Shown: positions 9,465 through 19,638 of the stretch, piece after piece | Layout of the letters: each line of letters starts with the position of its first letter | Numbering within the stretch: position 1 is the first letter of the stretch | From: a virus | Lineage: Duplodnaviria > Caudoviricetes | Virus record (IMG/VR): IMGVR_UViG_3300049198_000021 | Span: 64,001 to 128,000 of that record | DNA length: 64,000 nucleotides | Direction: 5' to 3' (one strand) | Position numbers and translations under genes: made by a program | Notes under the pieces: model-generated | What the model was told of the DNA's origin: nothing | The model's input: the letters and a program-made list of their open reading frames with translations, nothing else | Database searches by the model: none

Positions 9465-9842
9465 ATGCAAACCATCTGGCAATTCGAAACCAAGAACTTC
9501 ACCGTCCGAATGTCTTGCGACTACGATCAGGACACCACAGACCTTTCGTGGGATGACACCGGCGAAGTCGCTGAAAAGCTGGCAAGCGGTGAATGGGCCT
9601 GCTATACCTTCCACGCCGAAGTTATCGAAAACTCCACCGTTAACACCATCGGGGAAGACTACCTCGGCGGTTCTATCTATGCCAACCCGGAAGACTTCCG
9701 GGACCATGTGGGGCTCGCAATCAAGAGCCGCGAAGATGGGCGCAACTATGGCAGCTACTTCACGGACATGATCCGCGAAGCGATCCGCGAGGCTCGCAAG
9801 ACCTACGCCGAACAGCGCCCGCGCCTTCGCGTTCCAGCCTAA
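9465..9842 (+). CDS. Cassette hypothetical protein
   Basis: Consensus RBS AGGAGACAGACC. Confidence 0.85.
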   Translation: MQTIWQFETKNFTVRMSCDYDQDTTDLSWDDTGEVAEKLASGEWACYTFHAEVIENSTVNTIGEDYLGGSIYANPEDFRDHVGLAIKSREDGRNYGSYFTDMIREAIREARKTYAEQRPRLRVPA

Positions 9843-10023
9843 GGGAGAGGGGCCTAGCGCCCCTCTTTCTTCGCCGGTAACTATTCGTTAAGGTTAACGC
9901 ATCGGGGTAATTCGTTAACCATCAAAGTGGAAAAAGTGCTTGACCGAATCACTTGAGACACCTAGAAACGAATCAGCAATGCAGGGAGCGACTCGCACCG
10001 GGCAGCTACAACGGAGATAGGCC

Positions 10024-10413
10024 ATGCCGCAAATTTTGATCGAATACACGAAGACGGAAGTCACCCGCGAACGGGTGTGGATCGAAGCCGACTCGCCCGC
10101 TGAGGCGTTGCGGGTTGTCGAGGAATATGAATTTGACAATTCGGACGCCTACGAAGTCGATTCGCTGCGCTGGGAAATCAGCGATGCTTCTGTGCATGAG
10201 GTGGAGCCCGTGGAAGTGGAAGTGCTTGTGCGCCTCCCCGTCGCCATCACATGCGAGCGCGACAACGTGGAGACCGTGGTCCACCGCGTGGCGACCGTCG
10301 CCGAAGCCGAAGAGTGGATTGCCGTGGGTCTTGCCGACGGGTTCCTTGACGAAGACGACGTGGAACAGGGCACCTACGGAATCGATGCCCCTGAGGAGAT
10401 GATAAACCCATGA
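10024..10413 (+). CDS. Very acidic hypothetical protein
   Basis: RBS; VWIEADSPAEA motif. Confidence 0.8.
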   Translation: MPQILIEYTKTEVTRERVWIEADSPAEALRVVEEYEFDNSDAYEVDSLRWEISDASVHEVEPVEVEVLVRLPVAITCERDNVETVVHRVATVAEAEEWIAVGLADGFLDEDDVEQGTYGIDAPEEMINP

Positions 10414-10670
10414 CCATCATGCGCCCATTCGTGAACATAAACGGCACCAGCCGGGCCGCTCTTGTCGATCAGCGCCGCGCCGCGATGGAAGCCGTCCGGC
10501 TTGCCATGACGGCCCTGCAAGAGACCTGCCCGCATGGCCGCGACTACATCGGCGATCCGGCCCGCTTCGACCATGACCGGGGCGTCTATAACCGGCGGTT
10601 CGCCAAGCTGGACGAATTGCACAACGACTTGCTGGACGAAGCGTTAGCGATTCAGAATGGAGGGGCTTAG
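10410..10670 (+). CDS. Cassette hypothetical protein
   Basis: ATGA overlap; terminator follows. Confidence 0.8.
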   Translation: MTIMRPFVNINGTSRAALVDQRRAAMEAVRLAMTALQETCPHGRDYIGDPARFDHDRGVYNRRFAKLDELHNDLLDEALAIQNGGA

Positions 10671-10804
10671 GCCCCTCTATTTTTACCAGTAACTCGGCGT
10701 TAAGGTTAACACCACAGAGATCGGCCTTAACCATTAAAGTGGAAAAAGTGTTTGACCGAATCGCTTGTTTGTCATAGAACGAATCATCACAACGGAGACA
10801 GACC

Positions 10805-11134
10805 ATGAAAGACTTGCTTGACCGCTGCCTCGCCCGTCCGGGTAAAAACTTCGGAGCGGGCTATGGCTTCGCCCTCGCCTATCTGGACGACAAGATGAAC
10901 CCCGCTCACTTGCGGGACGCCGCTTGTCACATGGTCGGCAAGGCATACGGTCCCCACGGCTGGGCCGCTGCCCGTAAGAGCCCTGATCTGGCGTCATTCG
11001 TGCTGGCATACAGCGAAGCGGAATGCTTCGAAGACTTCGCAATCGAAGCGGCACAACTGCTGCTGGAATGGGGAATGCGTGGCGATCCGGACGCCGCCGC
11101 CGCGCTTCGCCTTTGCGGCCATCCGGGTTATTGA
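10805..11134 (+). CDS. Cassette hypothetical protein
   Basis: Consensus RBS. Confidence 0.8.
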   Translation: MKDLLDRCLARPGKNFGAGYGFALAYLDDKMNPAHLRDAACHMVGKAYGPHGWAAARKSPDLASFVLAYSEAECFEDFAIEAAQLLLEWGMRGDPDAAAALRLCGHPGY

Positions 11135-11281
11135 GGGAGGGGCTTCGGCCCCTTTCTTTTTATTCCTAACACATCGTTAAGGTTAACGCGCCGCCATTCT
11201 CCGTTAACCACTGGGATGGAGAAAGTGCTTGCTCGAATCACTTGATTGGTCTAGGGTGAAACTATCAAGAGGAGATTGCCC

Positions 11282-11515
11282 ATGAAAAACTTGCTCAAGG
11301 AATACCACCAAGCTGCTGACAGGGAAATCCAACGCTGGCCCGGCGTTGCGATTATCGAACGCAGGATCGGCAAACACGCCCGGCTGAGTCTGGAGTTTCA
11401 GGGCCGCAGGCGCTTTGTGATTCACCCGGCCTCACCCAGCGACGTTCGGGGAGTCCATCGCCACGTTCAGGATATTAAGCGCGTCCTGACTGAATTAGGT
11501 GCGAACCGGGTCTAA
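11282..11515 (+). CDS. HicA-like fold protein
   Basis: RRIGKH...VIHPASPSDVRG...DIKRVL resembles phage HicA-like GxH / PSDxR proteins. Confidence 0.55.
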   Translation: MKNLLKEYHQAADREIQRWPGVAIIERRIGKHARLSLEFQGRRRFVIHPASPSDVRGVHRHVQDIKRVLTELGANRV

Positions 11516-11597
11516 AAATAAGTGGAAAAAGTGATTGACCGAATCACTCTAACCGCCTAGACACGAATCACCGCAATCAAGCGGACGGAGACAGACT

Positions 11598-11954
11598 ATG
11601 AAAAACCTCGAAACCCGTATGAATAAGGGCCGGGACGGCTGGCAGGCAAAGACGGAAATCCCTCTCGAAGGGATCAGCATCACGGACGGCGACAAGGTGA
11701 AGCCGGCGATCCTGACGATCAGCACCCGCAAGCATTCGCGTGGCGGCCTCTCCACCGGTTGCAGCGTCGCCTTCCGCGACGGTAACTTCATGACGCACCG
11801 CGTCTATACCGACTTCAACGTCGCCTATACCCGCGACCCGAACGCTCGCTGCACCGAAAAGGCAATCGAGCGGATGCACTCCGAGGCGCTGGCGGACATT
11901 GCCACGATCGAATCAGCGGTTCGCGACCACTACGCCGCGCTCGAAGCGGAATAA
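11598..11954 (+). CDS. Cassette hypothetical protein; paralogue of 12115..12510
   Basis: Consensus RBS; shared motifs. Confidence 0.85.
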   Translation: MKNLETRMNKGRDGWQAKTEIPLEGISITDGDKVKPAILTISTRKHSRGGLSTGCSVAFRDGNFMTHRVYTDFNVAYTRDPNARCTEKAIERMHSEALADIATIESAVRDHYAALEAE

Positions 11955-12114
11955 GGGAAGGCGGGGAAACCCGCCTTTTCTTTTGCCCTTAGCCCGGTGT
12001 TAACCTTAACAAATCGGCCGCATTCGTTAACCATCAAAGTGGAAAAAGTGCTTGACCGAATCGCTTGTTCAACCTAGACACGAATCACCGCAATCAAGCG
12101 GACGGAGACAGACT

Positions 12115-12510
12115 ATGAACGAGACCACCGTCAAAAAAGACCACTGGGGTAAGTGGATTGCTGAAACCCGCACCCCGCTTCCCGGCATTCGCAGCATGAG
12201 CGCCACGAACAACGAAGAGCGCAACGAACCCGCCGCCTTGCTTGTCAGCACCTACAAGGACTCGCGTGGCGATCTGGTCAGCAACGCAATCGTGATCTTC
12301 ATCACGGACAGCGGCCACCGCACCGCAATCGGCGGCCCGACCGGCGACTACAGCCGCACCATCCGCCGCGAACGCGGCGCACGCGTCACCGAGAAGAAGC
12401 TTCGCAGCTATCACGCCGAATCGCTCGGCTATATCCCGCAGGTCGTCGCTGATCTGGCGAACCACTACAATCAGGGCGACCCGCTCGCCGAACGGGCGAA
12501 GGCGGCCTAA
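12115..12510 (+). CDS. Cassette hypothetical protein; paralogue of 11598..11954
   Basis: Start corrected to MNETT; identical leader. Confidence 0.85.
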   Translation: MNETTVKKDHWGKWIAETRTPLPGIRSMSATNNEERNEPAALLVSTYKDSRGDLVSNAIVIFITDSGHRTAIGGPTGDYSRTIRRERGARVTEKKLRSYHAESLGYIPQVVADLANHYNQGDPLAERAKAA

Positions 12511-12674
12511 AAAGACTGGCGGGCTCCGGCCCGCCTTTCTTTTGCCGGTAACCAACCGTTAAGGTTAACGCGACGAGATAATTAGTTAACCATTAAAGTG
12601 GAAAAAGTGCTTGACCGAATCAGCGAGTCACCTTATCAACGAATCACCGCAATCAAGCGGACGGAGACAAGACC

Positions 12675-13025
12675 ATGTGCAACATCGGCGGGCAGATTGG
12701 CCCCTTCATGTATAACCCGGCCTGCAAGCCGGTTGAACGCAAGGTCGGCAAGGTGACGTTCCTTGTCGGCATCGCGACCGCCTACAACGCGTTCGGCCTG
12801 ATTGGCACCGAACACAACGGCATCTTCATTCTCGACGACACGAACATGACCGTCGTCATGGACCGTCACAGCGAAGGCTCGGCTGGTGGCTTCGGCCCCT
12901 ACGGCTCGCAAGTCGCTGAGCGTGACCGCCTGCTCGCCCTGAGCGACGCGGACTTCCTCGCCTTCATTCGCAGCAACCCCCGCTTCCGTGGTGTGGACCT
13001 ACCGAACGTGGGGAAGGCCGCATGA
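12675..13025 (+). CDS. Cassette hypothetical protein
   Basis: Consensus RBS. Confidence 0.8.
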   Translation: MCNIGGQIGPFMYNPACKPVERKVGKVTFLVGIATAYNAFGLIGTEHNGIFILDDTNMTVVMDRHSEGSAGGFGPYGSQVAERDRLLALSDADFLAFIRSNPRFRGVDLPNVGKAA

Positions 13026-13324
13026 TCGACCGGGACAAGTTTCTCGCCATGCTCGACACACTGGAGTGTCGCGGCCTCATCAACGCACCAACAGCCTATT
13101 CAGGACGGGGAATGTATGGAAAGCGTTGCATCGCCCTGACTGGGGATTCGGTCAGCGAATGGGGCCTCGCAATCCAAATGGCGGCCATTGCCGACGAATA
13201 CGACGTGACGCCCTACGACCTGCCTGAGCCCTCGACCGATTCGATGGGACGGGGCATCGTCCTCTATTGGCGGGGCCTCGAATGGCCGGAAGACCGCCGC
13301 GATCCGGACGAAGACGAATACTAA
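13022..13324 (+). CDS. Cassette hypothetical protein (YSGRGMYGKRC / DSMGRG motif)
   Basis: ATGA overlap; terminator follows. Confidence 0.8.
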   Translation: MIDRDKFLAMLDTLECRGLINAPTAYSGRGMYGKRCIALTGDSVSEWGLAIQMAAIADEYDVTPYDLPEPSTDSMGRGIVLYWRGLEWPEDRRDPDEDEY

Positions 13325-13474
13325 GGGAAGGCGGGGCAACCCGCCTTTTCTTTTGCCCTTAGCCCGGTGTTAACCTTAACAAATCGGATCAAGTAGTTAA
13401 CCATCAAAGTGGAAAAAGTGCTTGACCGAATCGCTTGTGCAACCTAGAACCGAATCACCAACAGGAGACAGACC

Positions 13475-13783
13475 ATGCGAATCAGTCACATTGAAATGAC
13501 CATCACCCTCGAAGACGGCCAGACCGTGCAGGGCCTTATCAGCCCGGAAGGCGAATCGCGCTGGGGCAATGACATTCCCCACCTCGCCGCCGCCGTGATA
13601 CCCATGGAAGCCATGGCCGCCGCCTTGCAGGAAAACGACGCGTGGGAACGCGAAGAAGAAGACGAAGACGAATACCACGGCGAATGCGGCCAGTGCGAAG
13701 GCACCGGCACAATCGAAGGCGGGCTTGGCGGTGATGGGGACGACGAAGAATGCCCTGTCTGTGACGGAAGCGGGGAACTCTGA
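13475..13783 (+). CDS. Acidic protein with DnaJ-type zinc-finger repeats
   Basis: CGQCEGTG ... CPVCDGSG. Confidence 0.8.
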   Translation: MRISHIEMTITLEDGQTVQGLISPEGESRWGNDIPHLAAAVIPMEAMAAALQENDAWEREEEDEDEYHGECGQCEGTGTIEGGLGGDGDDEECPVCDGSGEL

Positions 13784-14025
13784 TGCACAAGACCCCGCCC
13801 GCAATCGACACCAGCGTTACCGTCCAACTCTGGACGCCCGGCGGCTTGATTGTCAGCATCCCCGCCGGGTTCATTACGTCCGATCCCGTCCGGGCTTCGC
13901 TCGACAAGCGGACGCAAGAAGGCGACACACACGCGGCAATCACCATGGCCCGGCACACCGGCCTAGACGTAACCATCCGCCGGGAAACCCAGACCACCGT
14001 TCGCGCCTCCGATCTGGAGGCGTGA
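13783..14025 (+). CDS. Cassette hypothetical protein
   Basis: TGATG coupling. Confidence 0.7.
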   Translation: MHKTPPAIDTSVTVQLWTPGGLIVSIPAGFITSDPVRASLDKRTQEGDTHAAITMARHTGLDVTIRRETQTTVRASDLEA

Positions 14026-14151
14026 GCGCCCGTTTACCAGCCGTTAACCTTAACAAATTGAACTAACTTGTTAACCGCTGATCTGGAAAAAGTGCTTGAC
14101 CAAATGCAACGGCTCGCCTAGAAACGAATCAGTTGAAACGGAGACAAGACC

Positions 14152-14709
14152 ATGTTTGATGCACTCGACCAGAAGACTTTCATCCTTTGCGGGCTCGCAA
14201 TCGAAGCGGCGGCGGATGACGACGAATCAATCGACAAGCGCGACCCGTCAAAGCTGGAATATCAGCGCGGCTCCGAAGTCACCGGGGTGGCATGGCTGAG
14301 CGGCTATGACTCACGGGGTGACGCCCCGCCTTGCCTGCAAAAGGTGATCGACTCGCACTATGACGCGCAAAACGCCGAATGGAAGCGGCAATATCCGGAC
14401 CGCCCCGATCTGCACCTTTGCGTGGATTATGCCGACGCCCTCCCCTACGCTGGGGAAGCTGAGGAATGGCTGGACGCCGTGCTGAGCGGCCCGGACGGGC
14501 GCGGGGAAGCCGCCTATCTGCAAATCGAAGTCACTTTCGACGACGATACGGTTCAATGGTGGGCGCGCTTTACCGATGAAATCAACGCCCCGCTATCCGA
14601 AGGCGGGCGCGGCGAAATGGACGCCGAAGCGTTCCTTGCGCTGGACGACGACGCGCTGGAAACGCTCGCAAAGGAGATTGCCGAGTCGGCTTATGACTAC
14701 GGCGCTTGA
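14152..14709 (+). CDS. Acidic hypothetical protein
   Basis: Consensus RBS; 185 aa. Confidence 0.85.
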   Translation: MFDALDQKTFILCGLAIEAAADDDESIDKRDPSKLEYQRGSEVTGVAWLSGYDSRGDAPPCLQKVIDSHYDAQNAEWKRQYPDRPDLHLCVDYADALPYAGEAEEWLDAVLSGPDGRGEAAYLQIEVTFDDDTVQWWARFTDEINAPLSEGGRGEMDAEAFLALDDDALETLAKEIAESAYDYGA

Positions 14710-14850
14710 AGACTGGCGGGCTCCGGCCCGCCTTTCTTTTGCCGGTAACCAGCCGTTAACCTTAACAAGTCGTTACCACTAGGTGGAAAAAGTGATTGAC
14801 CGAATCGGTTGTGTCTCCTAGAAACGAATCAGTTGAAACGGAGACCGACC

Positions 14851-15147
14851 ATGAGCATCACATACCACACCACCCTGCCCGCTTGGGAACACGGTGAACT
14901 CGATGAAAGAGGCTGCCTACGCCCGACGAAAGGTAAGCTGATCTGGAGCAATACCAACCCGCCTCCGGCGATTGGCGACCGCGTTCGCATCCGCGTCAAC
15001 GGCATCGGCATGGCGACCGTGGAGTCCTACTTCGAACAGGAAGGCTATCTCGGCATCCTGACGACCGTTGACGCTTGGCCGACGTTCTTCGCCAAGCAGA
15101 ACGGCGAGGACCGCTCCTGCCACGCGTTCGGCGCTGAAATCGCTTAA
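14851..15147 (+). CDS. Cassette hypothetical protein
   Basis: Start corrected to MSITY. Confidence 0.8.
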   Translation: MSITYHTTLPAWEHGELDERGCLRPTKGKLIWSNTNPPPAIGDRVRIRVNGIGMATVESYFEQEGYLGILTTVDAWPTFFAKQNGEDRSCHAFGAEIA

Positions 15148-15309
15148 AGACTGGCGGGCTCCGGCCCGCCTTTCTTTTGCCGGTAACCAGCCGTTAACCT
15201 TAACAAATCGGCCTAAGTTGTTAACCATCAAAGTGGAAAAACTACTTGACCGAATCGGCTGGAACGCATAGAAACGAATCACCGCAATCAAGCGGTTGGA
15301 GACCTGACC

Positions 15310-15732
15310 ATGCCTAAGTGGCAATACACCGGCGATATGTCGCTTGAATATGGCGGCTTCTACTGGAAAGACGAGGGTGATCCCGAGTCGGTGGAAGCCC
15401 TCAAGGTCACCCCTTGCAGCGACGCGGGCGGCCCCGACAACCTGTTCCACGTCGAATCGGGAACGGTCTACATGAACCCCGAACGCCTCGAATCGGCACT
15501 GGATGTCATCGGGCTCACGCCTGAAACGGCAAGCCGGGATGATGTGATCTACGCGTTCCAAGCCTATTCAGGACTGGACCGGGACGCCTACGGCGGCGAG
15601 CGGGTGATTCGCATCGGTCCGGATGAATCCGACTACATGCGCCGGTCCGGCGGGTGGAACCCGGAACCCGACGTAATCCTGCGCGCTGGGACCGATCTTC
15701 GCAAGTGGATTGAACGCAACTGGCTGGATTAG
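15310..15732 (+). CDS. Cassette hypothetical protein
   Basis: RBS and terminator. Confidence 0.8.
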   Translation: MPKWQYTGDMSLEYGGFYWKDEGDPESVEALKVTPCSDAGGPDNLFHVESGTVYMNPERLESALDVIGLTPETASRDDVIYAFQAYSGLDRDAYGGERVIRIGPDESDYMRRSGGWNPEPDVILRAGTDLRKWIERNWLD

Positions 15733-15864
15733 GTTAGGGGCTTAGGCCCCTTTCCTTTCCCGGTAACCTGCCGTTAACCTTAACAATCGGTTACCATTAA
15801 GTGGAAAAAGTGCTTGACCGAATCGGTTGTCTAACCTAGAACGAATCATCTAAGGAGACAGACC

Positions 15865-16200
15865 ATGAAACCTAAAGACATTGCCGTCGATTATTACAGA
15901 CAAACCCGCACCTATCATTGGCTTCCCCTTGACCCCACAAAAGCCGACTACGGCGCATCGTGGGGATTGCGGGGACCGCAAGGCACCACCTATCTGCTGA
16001 TCGCCGATCAATCCTATCCGGATTGGACACATCGCTTGGTTGCTATCGGGCAATACTCTGGACTCTATAACATGGAGACCGGGCGCGGCTCGGATGAGAT
16101 CGCCCGCGACATCGCATCCATCCTGAAAGCACACCCCGGCAATCTCGATATTGACCGCAAGATCAAGAAGGCTGACTTCGATTCGTGGGTGCTGGTATGA
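15865..16200 (+). CDS. Cassette hypothetical protein
   Basis: Consensus RBS. Confidence 0.8.
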   Translation: MKPKDIAVDYYRQTRTYHWLPLDPTKADYGASWGLRGPQGTTYLLIADQSYPDWTHRLVAIGQYSGLYNMETGRGSDEIARDIASILKAHPGNLDIDRKIKKADFDSWVLV

Positions 16201-16388
16201 CCACCGCCCTATTCCCCGCCCATTGGGGACCGCAAGGCCGGTTCTATCATCGCTCAAACGGGACGGCCTACGGACCTTCCCAACCGGGCGAAACGTTGGA
16301 GCAATACAAGGCCCGGATCAAAAACGCCTATGGCAACTTGCGGGGCGTTACGTTCCACGACGCAAACGAGGAGAGCCCCGGCGAATAG
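16197..16388 (+). CDS. Cassette hypothetical protein
   Basis: ATGA overlap. Confidence 0.7.
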   Translation: MTTALFPAHWGPQGRFYHRSNGTAYGPSQPGETLEQYKARIKNAYGNLRGVTFHDANEESPGE

Positions 16389-16508
16389 CCGGGACGATCC
16401 CGGTAACCAGCCGTTAACCTTAACAAGTCGTTACCACTAGGTGGAAAAAGTGCTTGACCGAATCGCTTGTGTTGCTTAGAAACGAATCAGTTGAAACGGA
16501 GACAGACC

Positions 16509-17009
16509 ATGCCAGACGCACGCGACTACACCGCCTTCCACGAAGTGGACGATGCAACATATGGGCGGGAAGCCCTACGCAAAGCCGACTTTGCCGCTTG
16601 CCCTATCCTCGCTGATTTCATCGCCACCATGCTGCAAGACTTGCAGTATCGGGAAGCGGATGAAGCTTGCGAGGAAGAGCGGGAAGAGGGCGACACCGGC
16701 ACCATCTACACCCTTGAAGAGGGTGTCTATCAGCGTTGCAAGACCCTCTGCGAAGAGTTCATGGAACGCAACGCAACGCACATCGCCGAAGCGCTTGATC
16801 TGGAACCGGGCTCCGATGGACTCCGCTATACCAGCAATCACATCACGCACGAACGAATCGGCTCAACGTTCTACATGCTACTTGTCGGGCACGGGGTTAG
16901 CTTCACCGATGATGGCAACGCCCCTTGCCTCGAAGCCTTGAACGCAGACACCCGATGCGAGCGCGGCGCTGAGTTCTACTTTGACGGGGAGCGCGTCTAT
17001 TACTGCTAA
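16509..17009 (+). CDS. Acidic hypothetical protein
   Basis: Start corrected to MPDAR. Confidence 0.85.
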   Translation: MPDARDYTAFHEVDDATYGREALRKADFAACPILADFIATMLQDLQYREADEACEEEREEGDTGTIYTLEEGVYQRCKTLCEEFMERNATHIAEALDLEPGSDGLRYTSNHITHERIGSTFYMLLVGHGVSFTDDGNAPCLEALNADTRCERGAEFYFDGERVYYC

Positions 17010-17160
17010 GGGAAGGCGGGGCAACCCGCCTTTTCCTTACCGGTAACCGATCGTTAAGGTTAACACACCAACCGATCTTGTTAACCATCAAAGTGAAAAA
17101 AGTGCTTGACCGAATCACTTGGCTGTCCTAGAAACGAATCACCAACAACGGAGACAGACC

Positions 17161-17400
17161 ATGCAGACCGCAGTTCAACGCCTTAACGAAGCCGCTAAGA
17201 CCTCATTCATGAAGCCGCAGTGCTTCAAGGGTGGTGAGATTCAGGAAGCTATCATGGAAGCTGGCCTCGATCTCGAAGACGACAAGGTTTATGCCCGCCT
17301 GTCGGCAAACGGCTATCTGGATTGCACCGATTGGAGCGGCCCTTACGATAGCGTGGAAGAGGCGGCGGAAGGCTTGCTTTCCCTATACTTCGAAGATTAA
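17161..17400 (+). CDS. Cassette hypothetical protein (ARLSANGYLDCTDW motif)
   Basis: Start corrected to MQTAV. Confidence 0.8.
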   Translation: MQTAVQRLNEAAKTSFMKPQCFKGGEIQEAIMEAGLDLEDDKVYARLSANGYLDCTDWSGPYDSVEEAAEGLLSLYFED

Positions 17401-17421
17401 GGAGAGCTTGACGTGGTGCAA

Positions 17422-17568
17422 ATGAACGAAACAGCAATCCAAGCGCCGCGCTATGACGGGCGAATCATCCGGGCGATTAACGGCGGAACCGTCAAGGTAG
17501 GTGGCGGATGGGACCCGGAACGACCGCGACGACTCGACTTCGACACCATGCCTTGTGTGTGGGTGTGA
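17422..17568 (+). CDS. Small hypothetical protein (48 aa)
   Basis: Manual translation MNETAIQAPRYDGR...; ends at a terminator. Confidence 0.45.
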   Translation: MNETAIQAPRYDGRIIRAINGGTVKVGGGWDPERPRRLDFDTMPCVWV

Positions 17569-17722
17569 GGGGCTTCGGCCCCTCTCTTTTTGTCTGGTAA
17601 CCAGCCGTTAACCTTAACAGCGCGGTAACTAAATGGAAAAACTTCTGGACGAATTGGCTTGCGAATCGCTGGCGACTCACCTAGGAAGAGTTCAGCGCAA
17701 TTCCGCGCTTGGAGACGACCAA

Positions 17723-18157
17723 ATGTCATCACCTTTCCTCCCGTCGGTGCAAGAGCAACTGCAATCGCGCCGCGACGAATCCGAAACCGAGTTCGCTGTG
17801 ACCCACATCGATACTTGCCTTTCCTCATTCCTGAATGACCACCACAATCGCGATGGCGAATTGCTGCTGGGCGTTTTCGTGGATGGTAACGCCACTGTCG
17901 GGCAAGTGCTGGACGGCTTGCGCGACGAATATCGCCAGATCGCCTACGAGATGGGCGAGAATCGGCTGGGCTTCGATTACGACGCCGGCTTGGCTGCCAT
18001 CGATTCGGTGATCGCCGAGAACGACGATAATCGTGACAAGCCGTTTGACGCTTCGCTGGACGTTCTGGGCGAAGACGACGATTGCAGCGAATCGTGCCAA
18101 GCGTGGTTCCTCATCCACTGGGACGTTCCGGAAGAGGAGGACGGCTCATCGGATTGA
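17723..18157 (+). CDS. Very acidic hypothetical protein
   Basis: GGAGA RBS before ATG 17723. Confidence 0.8.
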   Translation: MSSPFLPSVQEQLQSRRDESETEFAVTHIDTCLSSFLNDHHNRDGELLLGVFVDGNATVGQVLDGLRDEYRQIAYEMGENRLGFDYDAGLAAIDSVIAENDDNRDKPFDASLDVLGEDDDCSESCQAWFLIHWDVPEEEDGSSD

Positions 18158-18246
18158 TGGATGCGGTTGTCCGCTTAATCGTTGGAGTTCTTTTCCTGAT
18201 CCTTGCAACTGGGCTGGCCGCGTGCCAGCCCCTTTTCTTTGGGTAA
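18157..18246 (+). CDS. Micro-lipoprotein, copy 2 (29 aa)
   Basis: MDAVVRLIVGVLFLILATGLAACQPLFFG; TGATG coupling. Confidence 0.65.
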   Translation: MDAVVRLIVGVLFLILATGLAACQPLFFG

Positions 18247-18347
18247 CCATTCGTTAAGGTTAACAATACGTGGAGCCCGGTGGAAAAAGTGCTTGACCGA
18301 ATCGCTTGCGTCACCTAGGAACGAATCAGTTGAAACGGAGACAGACC

Positions 18348-18605
18348 ATGAAGCCGCATCCATCTCTTGAAGTAACCCGCCCGGATGAAGTCGCCGAGTG
18401 TTGGGAAGGTATCTACGAAGTTCCCGGTCTTTATCAGGCGCTGTGGGGTTGCGTGGGTGATTACAAGGCCCCTTCGCCGGAAGTATCGGAAGAGCCCTGC
18501 CACGGCATGGATTCGGTGGCTGACTTCTGGGATCGGTTCTCGGACGATCACAAGGCGGCGCTCAATGCAGCCGCCGAGGCGCAAGACGCGCTCTGGGGAG
18601 AATGA
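18348..18605 (+). CDS. Cassette hypothetical protein
   Basis: Start corrected to MKPHP. Confidence 0.8.
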   Translation: MKPHPSLEVTRPDEVAECWEGIYEVPGLYQALWGCVGDYKAPSPEVSEEPCHGMDSVADFWDRFSDDHKAALNAAAEAQDALWGE

Positions 18606-18856
18606 CCATGAAGATTTTCGTTATCACCGACACCGACTGCAACGGGGAAGACCGGAGCCTTATCGTGGCGGCTCGCGACACCGAAGGAGCCCGCCAAGAG
18701 TGGCAGGCATACTACGAGATCGAAGACGATGACGAAGACGGCACCATGCCCGACCGCATCTTCAAGACCGAATTGATGCTACCACCCGGTTACAATCAGC
18801 CCTTCCCGCTGGGATGGCACAACGACCATATGCATCAGGTCGCCGGGTTGCTTTGA
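18602..18856 (+). CDS. Cassette hypothetical protein
   Basis: ATGA overlap; terminator follows. Confidence 0.75.
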   Translation: MTMKIFVITDTDCNGEDRSLIVAARDTEGARQEWQAYYEIEDDDEDGTMPDRIFKTELMLPPGYNQPFPLGWHNDHMHQVAGLL

Positions 18857-19012
18857 GGGGAGGGGCTTAGGCCCCTCTCTTTTTACCTGTAACCCTTCGT
18901 TAAGGTTAACAGCCCGACAAGCTCTGGAAAAATAAATGGAGAAAGTGCTTGCGCGAATCGAATCACTGGCCTATTACCGAATCACCGGCACGGAGCCGGA
19001 AGGAGAAAGACC

Positions 19013-19459
19013 ATGCAAGACGCCTCAATTTTCAAGCGCCGTGAAACGACCTTCAACGGTGGCGAATCGACCACTGGGACATTCATCCCCAAGCAGACCG
19101 TCACGATCGGGCGGTGTGTTGACGAAAACGAAGACATCTGGACCGTTACGGACGTGAACGGCAAAACCCACCGGGTTGATGGATGCGAGTTGCACCCGCA
19201 CCCGGAAGCCGCGCTGACCAACATCGAGTTCATGAATCTGGTCATGACGTGGTGCAAGACCCCGTTGATGCACGCCTTCATCTTTCAGGCGCTGGATCAA
19301 TACGCCAAGGCTGTCGTCAAGGCAGACGTGGCGACGCTCGAAACCCCGTTCATCGCCGGGGCGGCGTGGCAGGAAACGGCCCGTGAATATATGGGCTTCG
19401 CTGTCGCCCGTGAATACGTGGAGAAAGAGCGCCACAAGGAATTGACTCCGGCCGATTGA
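19013..19459 (+). CDS. Cassette hypothetical protein
   Basis: AAGGAG RBS. Confidence 0.8.
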   Translation: MQDASIFKRRETTFNGGESTTGTFIPKQTVTIGRCVDENEDIWTVTDVNGKTHRVDGCELHPHPEAALTNIEFMNLVMTWCKTPLMHAFIFQALDQYAKAVVKADVATLETPFIAGAAWQETAREYMGFAVAREYVEKERHKELTPAD

Positions 19460-19638
19460 GCCTTCGGGCTCTCGGCAGAGGGGCAGGGTTTGGTCGCCCT
19501 GCCCCTCACCTTTTTCTGGTAGGGACCCGTTAACCTTAACAAATAGGGCCGGGTTGTTAACTCTGAAAGTGGAGAAAGTGCTTGACCGAATCACTTGCTT
19601 CGGGCAGAAACGAATCACCACAACCGGAGATAGACCAA

